This document shows positions 11,991 to 23,789 of a stretch of DNA of 46,217 nucleotides, one piece after another. The stretch covers positions 53,929,658 through 53,975,874 of the forward strand of contig NC_068982.1 in the NCBI RefSeq assembly GCF_001194135.2. Direction: 5' to 3'. The notes beneath the pieces are model-generated. The model made no database searches and had not been told where the DNA came from. It worked only from the letters and a program-made list of their open reading frames with translations. Origin of the DNA: Octopus bimaculoides (lineage: Eukaryota). Each line of letters begins with the position of its first letter. Position 1 is the first letter of the stretch. Made by a program: the position numbers and the translations under genes.

Positions 11991-13661
11991 GTCTCTTGAA
12001 GTCCAAATTCCAAATGGTGCTTCATTTGTGAAGGTGGAGAGCTGGTAAAATCGTTAGCATACCATATAAAATACTTAGCGACATTTTTCATCCGTCTTTA
12101 CGCTCTGATTTCAAATTCCGCTGAGGTCGACTTTGCCGTTCATCCTTCGTGATAGTTAAAGTACCAGTGGATCACAGGAATCGATGTAATCGAATAGGCT
12201 ATTCTTCCTTCAAAATTTCTGATGTCTTGCCTACAATAGAATGGATGATTGGCAAACGTGAAATAATTGTCCTCGACGACCAATTAAAACTATTGCAGAT
12301 TCAACGTTCTGATGGTCTGCTTCAGCATTATGATTCACACAATTTATATCTACTTGATTAAGCAACAAGTAATGTCAAACTAAGGCGAGGAATTCAACCT
12401 ATTGTCCAAGAAATAAGCATCAACGCAGTGACTGTATTCGCATTTATAATCAAGTATGCGCTGTCCTGAATTCTAGACATCGTCTGACATTGTCTACTCG
12501 ACCTATCTAATTGGAGGTTTAAGACAGTTGAAACCACTTATTCGTAATGTTTTCTTCCGATCTTAAATATAAAAAAAATATACTAGAACTTAATTGTAAT
12601 TAATAGACAGTCAGGAAGAAATTAATTATTGTCAAAAATGTGTTGCAAGCAAGCTTAAGTACCAGTCTTCAACGACGCCACGAATGTTCACAAATAGATA
12701 TTGTGACCGATTGAAATTTTTCCGACCAGAGTTAAACTATATTTTAAATTGACTCAGGAGACTTAATCATCGTCAGATCGATCCCAATATCAAAGTGACA
12801 CTTTTCATTTTCTATCCGGTATGATGAATTATAAAGTACACTACAGTAGCGTTTTAACTAAGTCCAACACATTCTGTTAGATGTCCAACCGATTATCCAA
12901 TACACAGCTATTAATTAAATTGCTAATATTGCCTCCATTAAAAGATTAAAATACGAAATATTACATATATACTGTGTTACTTCGCTATTTTCTCTTTTTA
13001 TTCATGCTTCCTTTCCAAGCTTTTGTTTACAATTCCAATTGCAATGCTTTACTAAAAGTGTAAACATGCAAATATACCAAGGAAAAGACATAAACAAACA
13101 AAAAACAAAATGAAAACACTTGAAGTATGCAGTGTAGACCTATTATCTAAATCTTATTTTTGCTCTTGTTATAAGTGGTTCGTAATGTCAATGTATAGAG
13201 GTGGGTGACGTGGGAGCAATAAATCTGCTGACATTACACACAAGAATAACACCTGCAGTCGGCGCCCTATTTCCAGATAAAACAAGGCATAAATCACTGT
13301 TATTATGAGCAATGTGAAAATAATTTATCTACGGAGTAGCTTCTTTGAAATTCTCACCTTTGGTCATCGTTGCTCTATTTGACTATTCTTGCTATTGCTG
13401 TTTAGTCTCGATAGATTCATTTGATCCATGAGCAAAAGCATTCCAGTCTTTTTATTTCAGGAGCAGTGTATCTTGAACCACAGTGTCCAATGTGCTCCCT
13501 TGTTTTTTAGACTGCAGAAATGTCTTACGAGAAAGATCTAGCTTCTATTTCTAGCTGCATGTGCGAACACATTCAAACAGTCTCGTTTGCTCGTAATCAA
13601 CATATTTGTTGTTTCAGTGAACCGTTAGCGTTGCTTATTAGTTGTTTATTCTTAAAGACGT

Positions 13662-14029
13662 GGAGGTGCAATGGCGCAGTGGCGCAGTGGTTACGGCAGC
13701 GGACTCGCGGTCTTAGGATCGCGGTTTCGATTCCCAGACCGGGCGTTGTGAGTGTTTATTGAGCGAAAACACCTAAAGCTCCACGAGGCTCCGGCAGGGG
13801 ATGGTGGCGAACCCTGCTGTACTCTTCCACCACAACTTTCTCTCACTCTTACTTCCTGTTTCTGTTGTGCCTGTAAGTCAACGGGTCAGCCTTGTCACAC
13901 TGTGTCACGCTGAATATCCTCCGAGAACTACGTTAAGGGTACACGTGTCTGTGGAGTGCTCAGCCACTTGCACTTTAATTGATCGGATCGACTGGAACCC
14001 TCGACGTCGTAAGCGACGGAGTGCCAACA
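13662..14029 (+). mobile_element. tRNA-derived SINE family C, young full-length copy
   Basis: A box tggcgcagtgg (locally duplicated), B box ggtttcgattccc, tail gacggagtgccaac. 10-bp TSD ATTCTTAAAG at 13648-13657 and 14029-14038. Confidence 0.95.
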
Positions 14030-14145
14030 TTCTTAAAGGCACGAAAAATAGCAGGCAGAAATGCAAGAAAGAGAGATAGAATAAAAAGAAATTAAGAAAA
14101 TAATGAAAAATACGTCAAGGATTAAATGAAATAACGATTTTTCAG

Positions 14146-14766
14146 TGGTCAAAATACTGGAATAAATAACCTGCCGTAGGATCGAAGTTATTAAACTTCA
14201 TAGAATGATTTACATAAACTCTCATTATTTATGGGAAAGGATTCAAGAGGAACCTAATCTAAAACTGGCACGGATCGTTGTACTCTTCTGGTACTTTCGA
14301 CAACCTAATTCTGGAAAGCAGTTTCGAACTTTTCTACTTCTGGCCATAAACGTTGTTTAACTCCCAAGTCTGTCCCAGTGATGTAGAATTTTGATCGAAG
14401 GAACAGCTTGTTCAATGTCTTATGATATTTAGAACTCATTCCACGCATTCGGGGTCATATCAATTTTTTTTTTTTTTTTTTTGCATGTGGCCGAAATGCT
14501 AGAATTAAAAAAAACCTGATCTAGTTTCAAAGTTATTAAAACTTCACGGAATGATTTACATATATCATTATTACTGATTCCAATAACTCTCATTATTTTC
14601 TAGGAAAGGATTCAAGAGAAATCTAATTCAAAATTAGCACGGATCACTGTACATTTCTGGTACTTTTGACAGCCCAATTCTTGAAAGTAACTTCGAACTT
14701 TTCTATTTCTGGCTATAGATGTTGTTTAACACCCAAGTTGGTCCCAATGAAGCAGAATTTTGATCA
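14146..14766. repeat. Diverged local direct duplication, two ~260-bp units (14146-14398 and 14488-14766)
   Basis: Colinear throughout, e.g. actctcattatt..ggaaaggattcaagag..gcacggatc..ttctggtactt..cgaacttttcta..gttgtttaac.cccaagt..agaattttgatc. Confidence 0.9.
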
Positions 14767-14768
14767 AT

Positions 14769-15115
14769 GACGCAGGAATGGCTGTGTGGTAAGTAGCTTG
14801 CTTACCAACCACATTTTTCTGGGTTCAGTCCCACTGCGTGGCATCTTGGGCAAGTGTCTTCTACTATAGCCTCGGGCCGACCAAAGCCTTGTGAGTGGAT
14901 TTGGTAGATGGAAACTGAAAGAAGCCCGTCGTCTATATGTATATATATATATATATGTATGTGTGTGTATATGTTTGTGTGTCTGTATTTGTCCCCCCAA
15001 CTTCGCTTGACAACCGATGCTGGTGTGTTTACGCCCCCGTAACTTAGCGGTTCGGCAAAAGAGAACGATAGAATAAGTACTAGGCTTACAAAGAATAAGT
15101 CCTGGGATCGATTTG
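14769..15115 (+). mobile_element. SINE family A, runs into gap
   Basis: Head, CORE-like ccttgggcaagtgtc, internal (TA)n(TG)n and 3' module all present. Confidence 0.95.
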
Positions 15116-15581
15116 NNNNNNNNNNNNNNNNNNNNNNNNNNNNNNNNNNNNNNNNNNNNNNNNNNNNNNNNNNNNNNNNNNNNNNNNNNNNNNNNNNNNN
15201 NNNNNNNNNNNNNNNNNNNNNNNNNNNNNNNNNNNNNNNNNNNNNNNNNNNNNNNNNNNNNNNNNNNNNNNNNNNNNNNNNNNNNNNNNNNNNNNNNNNN
15301 NNNNNNNNNNNNNNNNNNNNNNNNNNNNNNNNNNNNNNNNNNNNNNNNNNNNNNNNNNNNNNNNNNNNNNNNNNNNNNNNNNNNNNNNNNNNNNNNNNNN
15401 NNNNNNNNNNNNNNNNNNNNNNNNNNNNNNNNNNNNNNNNNNNNNNNNNNNNNNNNNNNNNNNNNNNNNNNNNNNNNNNNNNNNNNNNNNNNNNNNNNNN
15501 NNNNNNNNNNNNNNNNNNNNNNNNNNNNNNNNNNNNNNNNNNNNNNNNNNNNNNNNNNNNNNNNNNNNNNNNNNNNNNNNN

Positions 15582-15628
<47 letters not shown>

Positions 15629-15799
15629 TCACACACACACACACACACAGATATATAAGTCTCTCTCTCTTTCTCTTTATATATATATATAGTATATACA
15701 CAAACACACACTCACACATTCACGAATACATACACACATATACGTACATATATATATTAAGAAAAAAGGCAGAATATTGGATTATCCAAAATTCTGACT

Positions 15800-15988
15800 G
15801 CTTCCATTTTCTTAATATACAATATTTGTACATCACATTATTTACATTATTTACAATTGACGGATATTTGTCCTTGTCTTGTTTGTTGTTAACATTTCGG
15901 CTGACATACCCTCCAGCCTTCATCAGGTGTCTTGAGGAAATTTCGAACCTGGGTTCTCATTCCTAAGGTATTTTTCGATGTTATTATC

Positions 15989-16019
<31 letters not shown>

Positions 16020-16087
16020 TCACTGCCTGGAATCGAACTCGGAATCTTGAGGTTAGTAACTCGCGCTCTTAACCACTACGCCATATG
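15800..16087 (-). mobile_element. tRNA-headed SINE family E containing a hammerhead-like core
   Basis: Minus strand: tatggcgtagtggttaagagcgcg (A box), gagttcgattcc (B box), (AAT)n, body, ctgatgaaggctg-N10-cagccgaaa, then tail (gtaaataat)n. Confidence 0.8.
15885..15935 (-). ncRNA. Minimal type I hammerhead-like motif, probably inactive in this copy
   Basis: Intact CUGAUGA, 5-bp stem II GGCUG/CAGCC and GAAA. The downstream stem III/stem I pairing is not satisfied here. Confidence 0.55.
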
Positions 16088-16099
16088 GTGATTTTTAGA

Positions 16100-16206
16100 T
16101 CCGGCTCTGAATATGGTGAGCATTGTCAAAGGTACTCCTATAACCCCGGTTTGACTGAAGCCTTGTGAGTGGATTTTATAGACGGTAATTGTGAGAAGCT
16201 TGTCGT

Positions 16207-16271
<65 letters not shown>

Positions 16272-16470
16272 ACTGTATGAATGTATATATCTATGTGTGT
16301 ATATATTCGTGTTTGTTGCCACGGTGTCGTTTTGCATATATCCCTGCAATTTCGAGGTTCAGCAAAAAGAGACCGATAGAAGTACCAGACTTAAAAATAA
16401 GTACTGAACCCATCAAGGCGGTACCCCAGCATGGCCGCAGTCTAATGACTAAAATAAGTAACAGTTAAAA
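16100..16470 (+). mobile_element. SINE family A, diverged
   Basis: aagccttgtgagtggatttt..(CA)n..gttcagcaaaaagagaccgatagaagtacc..ccagcatggccgcagtctaatgact. Confidence 0.85.
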
Positions 16471-16789
16471 GATTACTGCTCGCAAAGTGGCTCTTTAGAA
16501 AGGTTTCTATAAACTCTTGCATTTTTTGGTTTCACGAAGTTACAAAATGACAATTGTAAACTTCATATTCCATTAGTTGTTACTACTTAGGAACATTAGA
16601 AGCACTTCAGATGTACCCAGCTGTCCACTTATCTCAGTATGAACAGGAATATAAAGAGGTCAGAAGATTAGAGTTCAGAAATATAGAGGTCATTAACTGT
16701 CAACGTATTTTGGTATTATCACCATCATCGTTGTTTTCGTCATATTCGAAATGATGATGATGATGATGTTGATGATAGCAATAATCTTT

Positions 16790-16816
<27 letters not shown>

Positions 16817-16820
<4 letters not shown>

Positions 16821-17120
16821 CAAGTGCACTCAGAGAGTGCAAACCTCCGCCAAAGCAGCACCAACATCCTCTCAACGATTAGCCAAAGATGATTTTTAAA
16901 ATGAAAATATCTGAAATAAACTCGACTGCTCTTACAAACGAGAGTACTAAAAATGAACCCAACCGCTCTCAAAAGTTAGGTTTAAAAAACGGGGAAAATA
17001 ATCCAGAATCCTTGTCCGGTACTGGATCGATCCCAAAATCTAATCAGTTCGTGCCAGCCACGAGGTCAAACATCTCTGAAAGCTTCATCCGAATCCATCC
17101 AATGGTTCTTGAGATATCTT
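16817..17120. mobile_element. Probable non-autonomous Helitron/Helentron-like repeat (a similar type lies at 18487-18750)
   Basis: Starts aacaagtgcactcagagagtgcaaacctccgcc and ends agcttcatccgaatccatccaatggttcttgagatatc. The 18487 element ends aagtttcatcaagatcggttggatagtttctgagaag..cacaaacaca. Classification is recalled from abundant molluscan repeats and unverified. Confidence 0.4.
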
Positions 17121-17490
17121 GTCTCTGAAATCTTTACGCGCCGACAACGACGTGTTCAGCTTCCAGTAACCGGGTCCCTATTTATGAAGCCTATCTACGT
17201 CGACTGTATAGATCGCGAATTTGTGGTCTGTGTAGTCGACTACTTTAAACTGTGGACAACCTATGTTATTCCTATTTGCTACTCTACAGAATACCCTATC
17301 TAGATACGATCTGGATGACCCGATGCGGTTTGACCAGGTCCACACTGGCACATCTTGAAAATCCAGTCGATACCTGTCAGAGAGTTCGAATAGTTTGAGC
17401 AGGTTTACGACGATTTTGCACCCCCCCTCTCCTATTTGCTAAACCTACACAGACCCACCTTACATCTAAAACTCCATTCGAATCTCCCAA
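17121..17490 (-). pseudogene. L1/Tx1-type LINE APE endonuclease fragment
   Basis: LGDSNGVLD..(frameshift in the G7 run at 17421-17427)..WTWSNRIGSSRSYLDRVF..DYTDHKF..*GPGYWKLNTSL. Matches the APE motifs GDxN, TW..SR.DR, SDH and the Tx1 GxGYWKLN. One stop at 17178-17180. Absent from the ORF track. Confidence 0.88.
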
Positions 17491-17507
17491 TAAAAATAAT
17501 AATAATG

Positions 17508-18306
17508 ATTGAAGGGATTTTAATTGCGGCACAAGGTCAAAACCAGCCTACAATAAATCACCCAAAACACATAATGAATAAAAATACAATAAACAGAATA
17601 TGTGATGATAGGGAAGAAACAATAAATTTTATTGTCTCTGGTCGCCCGGTCTTGCCCAAGTAAAAAATACATCCAGAGACATGACAGACGTGAGACTTTT
17701 ATACTCTAGAAGCTGTACCAGTACTTAGGGATGACAGCAAGAAAAAGATAGTATAGGTATATCCCAGAAAAGGTCTCAGAAAATAACAAAGCAACCAGAC
17801 CCTGAGATATGCAATACACACAGATAGAAAGATAATGGGCCAAATATTGTCAGGGGCGACCGAGAAATAGGCCAGATATTGTTGTCAGGTGCGGCCGAGA
17901 AAGAAAATGCTTTCTAATCGACGTATCAGTCCCAACAGATGACAATGTATTTATACAGTTCTATATTTAAGAGTTTTTTTAATTATTTTTTTTTTCCAAA
18001 AGAAACCAGGCATCTAGAAATAGAGACAACCCGAATGTGGAGTCCAAAATCAGAAACAATCCCCATAGTAATAGGTGCATTAGGCATAGTAAAGAAAAAA
18101 AACAACTTACAGACAAATACATAACCAAAATACCAGGACTTAAGAATACATATAACATACAGAAAATAGCACTTGCTAAGCACCGCACATATCTTACGTA
18201 AAGCACTTTCAATACAGTAAAAACATCAAGACTAACCGCAGCATATACGCAAAGCTTCGTAGTGAAGTGAAAGAACATAAGAAAAGTAAAACCACTGAAT
18301 AATAAT
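17508..18306 (+). pseudogene. R4/Dong-like LINE 3' end (CCHC knuckle plus restriction-like endonuclease)
   Basis: EGILIAAQGQ, RIC..EETINFIVSGRPVL, YIQRHDR, RPDIVVR, CFLIDVSVPTDDNV, LEIETTRMW..TIPIVIGALG, IQKIALLSTAHILRKALSIQ*. Short (AAT)n at both ends. Confidence 0.92.
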
Positions 18307-18990
18307 GAAAATAAAACTACTGAATATTAATAAATATATCAACATCGTCGTCGTCGTTGTCCCAGACTTCATCGGGATTGTAGCTACTACCGTCACCGCC
18401 GTCATAATCATCGGCGTTGTTGCGACTGTTACCGTTTCCGGGGGCCGCTGGGAAGATACCTGGGCTTTATTCCAGATGAATAGCAACTAGAATGTGATTG
18501 CCATCAAGGTGGCAATCTATCGTGTGAAAGTTCGTACAGAGGTGGCGAATGTGTATATACCATCTGCTATAATTAACAATCTAACTGACGCAACCCTCCC
18601 CAGTTTTCCTCAGATCAGAACTGTGAGGGACTCACATGAATATAGGAAACAGTCGTAAGCCCCCACACGTGTCAAGTTTCATCAAGATCGGTTGGATAGT
18701 TTCTGAGAAGTTAAAGTAACAATTTCACAAACACACACACCCATAAACAGACAGAAATTGCCATTTACATATATATATATATATATCTAATAATAATAAT
18801 ACAAAGAATATGTATGCATGTATACCCACATATATGTACATACTTACATCGGCATGTGTATATAGATGCATATCAGGGTACAGGGCGTTAGAAAAATGAA
18901 CTACAGACAACGGAACGAACACATAGGAAAACAGATAAACACTTGGAATTATTCCTTCGTCAGCTATCCACCCGCCCACCCACACATAAT

Positions 18991-19207
18991 CGGAGGGGTG
19001 CTGAAAACTGCCTGGCTTTGAGTAAAAGAAAATACAGGAGGATAAGTGAATTGTAATTTTATTGAATAATTTCCCCTCTTCAGATTCACACACTTATTGC
19101 AGCTGTTCTTCAGTTTTCTAATCTCTGTAAAAGAACTCGGAAGGTTAGGTCTCCAACCAGGCCTTTCGCGACACCCCTAGAGCCAGTAACTTTTCTGCAC
19201 CGACTCA
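18991..19207 (-). mobile_element. Mariner-derived MITE, diverged copy
   Basis: TIR cggaggggtgctgaaaactgcctggcttt ... agagccagtaacttttctgcaccgactc. The interior is the reverse complement of the 38777 copy. Confidence 0.8.
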
Positions 19208-19567
19208 TATGTAGATATATGTGTATATATAGATCTTATAACCCATCCCATCTTGTTTTTTTTTTTTCGTTTTATATAAATGTACATACATATTTGGATA
19301 ACAGCTATGATTCGTCATGCATGTACGAGTGTATATGCGTGTATGTCTATGTGTGTGACTCTAGGAGTGCATGTGTATGCGCGTGTGCAATAAACTATGA
19401 ACAAATACTAATTAAAGGTAATTAAATGCACAGTCATTTTTGTTGTTGCCATTCTTATTAAGTTAACGTTGTTTGCAGTCACATTTGCAATTATTTTGTC
19501 GCTGCACCCCTTATATTTAGCATCAAAATTGTTATAAATAGAAACACAAGTAAGTACCATAATAATC

Positions 19568-19598
<31 letters not shown>

Positions 19599-19893
19599 GA
19601 GTGTTTTAGCAACTAACATATAGTTAGTTGGTAATCAGGCTAATTGGACGTATAATTTTGTCTCCTTGTCTGGAATCATAGTTGTTGATTAATTAGGGCT
19701 CACTTACAAGTACTTACATGTAGCATGTTAGTTACTGTTTATGGACTTAAGTGCCGAGATATGTCTACATAGAGGAATAATTATCGGTAGGTTAGTGGGT
19801 AAATGAAATAAGGTAACCTTGAATTATGTCACCATTTCGTCATCGTTACTAAATACTACATATGTACAAGAATATGTACAAGAATATAGACAT

Positions 19894-19945
<52 letters not shown>

Positions 19946-20045
19946 NNNNNNNNNNNNNNNNNNNNNNNNNNNNNNNNNNNNNNNNNNNNNNNNNNNNNNN
20001 NNNNNNNNNNNNNNNNNNNNATATATATGTTTGCATGTTTTATGC

Positions 20046-20077
<32 letters not shown>

Positions 20078-20842
20078 GTATAAAACATGCAAACATATGC
20101 TTACATAGCTACATTCACAAATACATAGTTGCGTATATAATTATACACATATATGCATACATTCATGGATGCATACACATACGTATATACATGCATACAT
20201 ACAAACACTTACCTACACTCACTTATATATTCATACACATGTAAATATACACATCAATGCACGCATACATTCATCTATGCATAAGCCTCATATTGTCGTT
20301 AATTGCTCGAAATGTGGAATAGATGAACAGCCCACAACTGATGAAGGGTCGTTCTTTATGTTACTTGTCTTGTTATATATCGTTGCTATTATGCAAAAGT
20401 GTCTTAAGTCCAAAACGTTGATTTTTCATCCTGTTGGAGTCGATAAATTAAGTACCAGTCTAGCACTGGGGGTTGATGTAATCAACTAGCATTCTTCTTC
20501 AAAATTTCAGATCTTGTGCCAAGAGCAGAAAAGATATTTCTTCCTAATTTGTAGGAACTTGATTCTATGATGATAATATACTTAAATAAAATAAATTACA
20601 CTGAAGCAACATCACTTTTTGTTCTCCCGTTATAAATATTCTCAAAATCAACCTTGATAACCTCAAATGTTCGTTAATAGAAAAAGAAAATAATGAGAAA
20701 AGAAGCGTAGGTATCGAAACAATCGGGTTCTTGCTCATTAATCATCCTGGGAGGATCAACTTAACAGTGCTGGTTTTTGAGGGACCCCATATTATAATAT
20801 CGGTATTCATATCATTGCAAGGTTAAAAGAAAGAATATTTCG

Positions 20843-21530
20843 GTAGGCGTAGGTATGGCTGTGTCGGTAAAAAGCTTGCTTTGCAACCTCGTGGTTTCCA
20901 GTTCAATCTTCTTTCTTTATTGCCCACAAGGGGCTAAACATAGAGGGGAGAAACAAGGACAGACAAAGGGATTAAGTCGATTACATTGACCCCCGTGCGT
21001 AACTGGTACTTAATTTATCGACCCCGAAAGGATGAAAGGCAAAGTTGACCTCGGCGGAATTTGAACTCAGAACGTAACGGCAGACGAAATACCGCTAAGC
21101 ATTTCGCCCGGCGTGCTAACGTTTCTGCCAGCTCGCCGCCGTTTCCAGTTCAATCTTACTGCGCGGCATCCTAGGCCAGTGTCTTGTACTATAACCCCAG
21201 ACCGACTAATGCTTTATGAGCGGATACGTTAGACGGAAACTGTGCTGAGGCCGGAGGGATGTATATGTGTTTGTCTGTATCTGTCTGTCTGTCTGTATGT
21301 ATGTATGTATGTATGTCTATGTGTCTCTGTTGTCGTGCTTGTCAGCTCACCGCCTGGCAACAGGTGTTGGTTAATTTAAGTCCCCGTAGCCTAGCGGTTC
21401 GACAAAATATATTGATAAAATAAGCACCAGACTTTCAAAATAAAACAAGTAAGGCTTATTTGTTCGACTAAACCCATTAAAGCGTTGCCCCAGCATGGCT
21501 GCATTCCAATGGCTGAAGTCAAATATAAAG
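20843..21530 (+). mobile_element. SINE family A interrupted at its B box by a family B insertion
   Basis: Head 20843-20910 resumes at 21158 (actgcgcggcatcctaggccagtgtc). Confidence 0.85.
20911..21140 (-). mobile_element. Young SINE family B, long-tail variant
   Basis: Perfect 17-bp TSD GTTTCCAGTTCAATCTT at 20894-20910 and 21141-21157. Confidence 0.97.
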
Positions 21531-23408
21531 AATATGTTTTTACTAGCTTTATTTATTGGATTACAGCTATGCTAGAACAGAATTTATGGGTTTTATGCGA
21601 TTATATGAGCACCAGTACTCGTTTCATACTTCTTTCATCTACCTTGGCCGGAACATTGATCTTCGCTGGATCTGAATTCACAAGATAAAACTATATAACC
21701 AATAACCATAAGATATTTGGTCTGATTATCCAATCAGACAGTCTTCCGTAACGGCTGTAAAAATGTTTTCCGAAACAAATGAATATACAGTAAGTGAATA
21801 AATCTTAATGATCCCTCGCCACAAAAATAGCTAATTAAAACACGCTAAGAGAAACTTGTATTTTCTGATATATTTTCATTCTAATAATCATCGTGCTGTT
21901 TTAATAAACTCGTATATATCTGAGTAGATACTCAGAGATACAATTTTTTTTTATGTACCACACAGACGCGTTAACGCACATATCTGCATACGCACACACA
22001 CATAGTGCTCCAACATGGCCGCAGTCAAATAACTGAAACAAGTAAAAGAATACATATACTCACACACACACGCACACCCGCACACACACACACACGTACA
22101 CACACACATGCTTACATAAAACCATTGAAGTGTATGCTCAAGTACAGGCGCACGAGTCATAGCATCATACTGTTCAAACGAAAACACAGCCACAGGAAAA
22201 CATAACAGCCAATGAGACTGCATGCCTGATAACTCAAACGCAGTGAAAAGAAAAGGATTTGCCTCCATTCCTTAAGAGGTATATTAAAAAGGACTGAATA
22301 AAGAACATTACCAAAAGACCTGTGATGACGAAACTAGTAGCTGTAACGATGGAATATCCAGTTAATGGTACGCAGCGTACACACATGCTTGCACGCAGAT
22401 GCACGCGTGACGGCTACGTGAAATTTTCTGTTTACTCAGTTTAACTTAGAAAGCTTTAGTCGACTCAGTTTTGTGGTAGAAGGTACTTAGCTAATGTGCC
22501 ACTATGTGATTATGTAGCGGCCCTGTTGACACATGGCCATTATAGTGCACTTTTTCGGTGTCCATATTGAATTTGACGTTTAGTGTAGTATTTAGTCATA
22601 AATTCACTGTTGGTGATTTACAATATTTGGTAAGCTACGTGAGAAGGCAAGAATAACCACATTTGACTTTTCATATATTCTATGAAATCGTATCATTTAT
22701 ATTTACATGTGTACATATAAATAATTTAAAGGGACGACGTTCATGAACCAACGAATATAATAGTTAGGAATACAAGATGCTAGATAATATTATGAAATTA
22801 GTTCGTAGATATTGAAGATGAAATAAATAGAATGAAATAAAACTGCAATTTATAATCCATGTGCGTGATTCGATATTACAATTCAAGGTTGGCGTTTTTT
22901 GTCAAATACAACTCAGGCATGTTAAATAACAAAAAAAGGGTGAGATATCAACTCACTGAGCAAAGTGACATTATTTCGTTTGAATGGCTGAGTGACACTA
23001 GTTTGAGGTTGAATTCACTATTTTTTTGTTTCTTTTTATAACTGTAAGTCAAATTTTCCAGATCCTTTGATCAAACTATTTGTCCGTAAAATTTTTTTGA
23101 AGTTCATCGCATCAATAATAACGAACCAGCTACTGTAGACTGGTCGACCCATATTCGTGTAAGCAGTAATGCATTTTATGGCGGCACATTGTCTTTTATG
23201 GCGATACAATTGGTCATGGTCCTGAACTGGGAAAGTTTGAGAGTGGTGGTTCAAAACTCACGAGGAGTTTCACTACAAATATAAAACAGTATAGACCTTG
23301 CAACAGATAACAAATATTATATTCAAGACTCACAAATAAGAGACATTAAAGCAATATTCGACTATATCCTTTAAAGTTGGTTAATTCTTGGTTTTACTTA
23401 TTATTTGT

Positions 23409-23789
23409 GGAGGCGCAATGGCCCAGCGGACTCGCGGTCATAGGATTGCGGTTTCGATTCCCAGACCGGGCGTTGCGAGTGTTTATTGAGCGAAAACACC
23501 TAAAGCTCCACGAGGCTCCGGCAGGGGATGGTCGCGAACCCTGCTGTACTCTTTCACCACAACTTTCTCTCACTCTTACTTCCTGTTTCTGTTGTGCCTG
23601 TAATTCAAAGGGTCAGCCTTGTCACACTGTGTCACGCTGAATATCCCCGAGAACTACGTTAAGGGTACACGTGTCTGTGGAATGCTCAGCCACTTGCACG
23701 TTAATTTCACGAGCAGGCTGTTCCGTTGCTCGGATCAACTGAAACCCTCGACGTCGTAAGCGACGGAGTGCCAACAACAACAACAACAA
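23409..23789 (+). mobile_element. tRNA-derived SINE family C
   Basis: Nearly identical to the 13662 and 41803 copies, with a small deletion in the A-box region and a (CAA)n tail. Confidence 0.95.

Noticed and set aside
13662-13740. tRNA gene (also considered for the heads at 16015-16087, 23409 and 42187)
   Set aside because: A and B boxes are present, but no acceptor stem closes and each head continues into a multi-copy SINE body.
22318-22345. gtgatgacgaaactagta as a hammerhead
   Set aside because: The core is mutated, there is no stem II and stem I does not pair.
22850-23350. Possible transposase or host exon
   Set aside because: No recognisable motif in any frame and no convincing splice-site pair.
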